DNA from: an uncultured Methanobacteriaceae archaeon
GTDB taxonomy: Archaea > Methanobacteriota > Methanobacteria > Methanobacteriales > Methanobacteriaceae
DNA: 32,000 nt
Direction: 5' to 3'
NCBI GenBank assembly: GCA_963831915.1
Contig: CAWHRV010000008.1
Location: forward strand, 291,058-323,057
How positions within the stretch are numbered: the first letter of the stretch is position 1; each line of letters begins with the position of its first letter. Shown here piece by piece: positions 30,587 through 32,000 of this stretch. A program made the translations under genes and the position numbers. The notes under the pieces are model-generated. The model saw nothing but the letters and a program-made list of their open reading frames with translations, was not told the origin of the DNA and did not search any database.

Positions 30587-30788
30587 CGTTTAATAGAAGT
30601 GTATATCTCCTGAGTTTATTTTATTAATTATCATATTAGATTGATAATATGGAATTTAGAGAATAAATATATGGTAGTTAAAATATTTTAACTATAAATA
30701 AGTTCATAATTTTTATAAAGAAATAGGAGGTTTCACAAAATAACAACAAATAAATAACCCACAAAACATAATATCAACTGGTGATTAT

Positions 30789-30944
30789 ATGTGCACAGTT
30801 GGAGGCCCAATGGCTGACATTAAAATGAAGAAACTAAAAACCAAACGATATAAATGTTTGGACTGTGGAAACGAGTTTAAAGGCATAGGAAAAAGAGTTG
30901 TATGTCCTTCATGTCAGTCAGAGAACGTCAAAGAATTGGACTAG
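30789..30944 (+). CDS. Small zinc-ribbon protein (51 aa; not in the ORF track)
   Basis: Own translation: MCTVGGPMADIKMKKLKTKRYKCLDCGNEFKGIGKRVVCPSCQSENVKELD (CxxC-x14-CxxC). GGTGAT lies just upstream. The start could instead be ATG 30810. Confidence 0.5.
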   Translation: MCTVGGPMADIKMKKLKTKRYKCLDCGNEFKGIGKRVVCPSCQSENVKELD

Positions 30945-31393
30945 GTTCCGATGAAATATTGTTTTTAATTGGTAGTTCGGGAGAACTAGGCATTGCAAAA
31001 ACAGGAAGGGACATGGAAATATTCATAGGAACTCCTGAAAAAGAAGAGATCATAGTTTTCCTTGAAAAAGATGACCTAATAGCAGTTTCTACTTTCGAAG
31101 TGGGGGAAAAGGCAGAGAAAGGGATAAAATCCATGATTTACTTGCTAAAAGAATTTTCATCCCCAATTATTGTTCTCCCTGAGAATCATCCCACTTCAAA
31201 ACGGCTTAAAATGGTTGTTGCTTGTGGTGATCACATTAGGTTAGACTGTAATGTACAGGCAGGTACCCATCCGGAACAGGATATTTTATGCGCATGTCAA
31301 GATCTATCGGGTTTGGATATAAATGCCGTGCTAGATGGTGTTGAAATAGATGGAAATTTTAAAGCTTTCAAAGTTGAGAAAGTAGATCAGTAA
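30902..31393 (+). CDS. Hypothetical protein (start uncertain; 5' end overlaps the zinc-ribbon ORF in another frame)
   Basis: ORF track only. No motif recognised. Candidate starts are ATG 30902/30911 (overlapping) or TTG 30959. Confidence 0.45.
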   Translation: MSFMSVRERQRIGLGSDEILFLIGSSGELGIAKTGRDMEIFIGTPEKEEIIVFLEKDDLIAVSTFEVGEKAEKGIKSMIYLLKEFSSPIIVLPENHPTSKRLKMVVACGDHIRLDCNVQAGTHPEQDILCACQDLSGLDINAVLDGVEIDGNFKAFKVEKVDQ

Positions 31394-31493
31394 CCGCTTC
31401 ATATTCTTTTGAAGACACTAAAACAAGTTATTATAACTTCTTTATTTTTTTCTGTAAGTAGTTTAATATAGTAGTATGAACTAAATTTATAAT

Positions 31494-32000
31494 ATGGTAT
31501 TTTATGAATTTTATCAAATATTCGGCCAGATAGTGTTTATTTTGGGCATAATACTGCTTAGTCTGCTCTCTATAACTCTAATTCTAGGAAAACTTCTGAT
31601 TAAGGAAGATCGGTTAGTTTTTCCAAGACTTTTACTATTTACAATTGACATGTTTTATGGACTCTTTAAAAAGTTCTCAGAAAACGTTGGTGTCGATGCT
31701 AAAATTGTTGATCAAATAGGGGTAGAGGTAAGGAACAAAGTAAATGAAAAATACTTCAAAAAGATAGAACCACAAGAAAAAATTCTGGTTCTTCCTCACT
31801 GCTTAAGGCACGCAGATTGTGAAGCCAAACTTGAAGCTTCAGGACTGGTCTGTAAAGATTGTAACCGCTGTGTTATAGGTGTTCTTAAAGATAAAGCAGA
31901 GGGGATGGGATTTAAAGTATTTATAATACCCGGATCGACTTTCCTAAAAAAAATACTAGAAAAGAACAATTTCAAAGCGGTTCTGGGAGTTGCTTGTTAC
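31494..32000 (+). CDS. DUF116-family Cys-rich membrane-associated protein, 5' part (continues beyond the window)
   Basis: Own translation from ATG 31494 stays open to the window end: [32 protein letters not shown]...[33 protein letters not shown]...AVLGVACY. N-terminal TM helix plus the LPHCL...C..C..C...GVAC pattern. Confidence 0.65.
   Translation, partial: MVFYEFYQIFGQIVFILGIILLSLLSITLILGKLLIKEDRLVFPRLLLFTIDMFYGLFKKFSENVGVDAKIVDQIGVEVRNKVNEKYFKKIEPQEKILVLPHCLRHADCEAKLEASGLVCKDCNRCVIGVLKDKAEGMGFKVFIIPGSTFLKKILEKNNFKAVLGVACY

Noticed and set aside
9998-31134. Further short overlapping ORFs from the track (9998..10192, 10931..11224, 12649..12855, 13454..13883, 14514..14705, 16294..16557, 17051..17338, 18210..18599, 19301..19510, 21189..21440, 21972..22160, 23516..23719, 25849..26139, 26720..26935, 27415..27710, 28562..29155, 30187..30539, 30928..31134).
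   Set aside because: All are embedded in, or antisense to, better-supported coding regions, and none shows a recognisable motif.

Overview
AT-rich chromosomal segment of a methanogenic archaeon, most likely Methanobacteriales (Methanobacterium-like). This is inferred from gene content: comA for coenzyme M synthesis, hypD, archaeal GGGP synthase, a Mur-ligase-family gene, and the archaeal secE-spt5-L11 / L1-P0-P1 ribosomal cluster. About 1-18.8 kb and 24.9-32 kb are ordinary, mostly intact housekeeping genes: ftsZ, r-proteins, alaS, a DUF39-ferredoxin sulfur-insertion enzyme, a PflX-type radical SAM, hypD, DUF169, GGGPS, L40e, tsr3, a ChlI/VWA chelatase-like pair and DUF116. The unusual part is 18.9-24.8 kb. 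Three consecutive genes there are broken: a membrane-anchored unknown protein, a MobA/MocA-like nucleotidyltransferase, and a 3.5-kb adhesin-like gene. The adhesin-like gene (signal peptide, 7 beta-propeller blades, 4 Ig-like domains) is split into at least 15 frame segments. Single frame breaks also affect a PmbA/TldD-family gene (C4 run) and possibly the ChlI/VWA junction (T9 run). Several breaks are 1-nt insertions in short homopolymers, so sequencing error cannot be excluded from sequence alone. I found no tRNA, rRNA, CRISPR array, integrase or transposase. I did not recognise a clear-cut new multi-gene system; the best candidates for follow-up are listed as findings, with the speculation marked. 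All protein-family calls come from reading motifs by eye; no database search was run.
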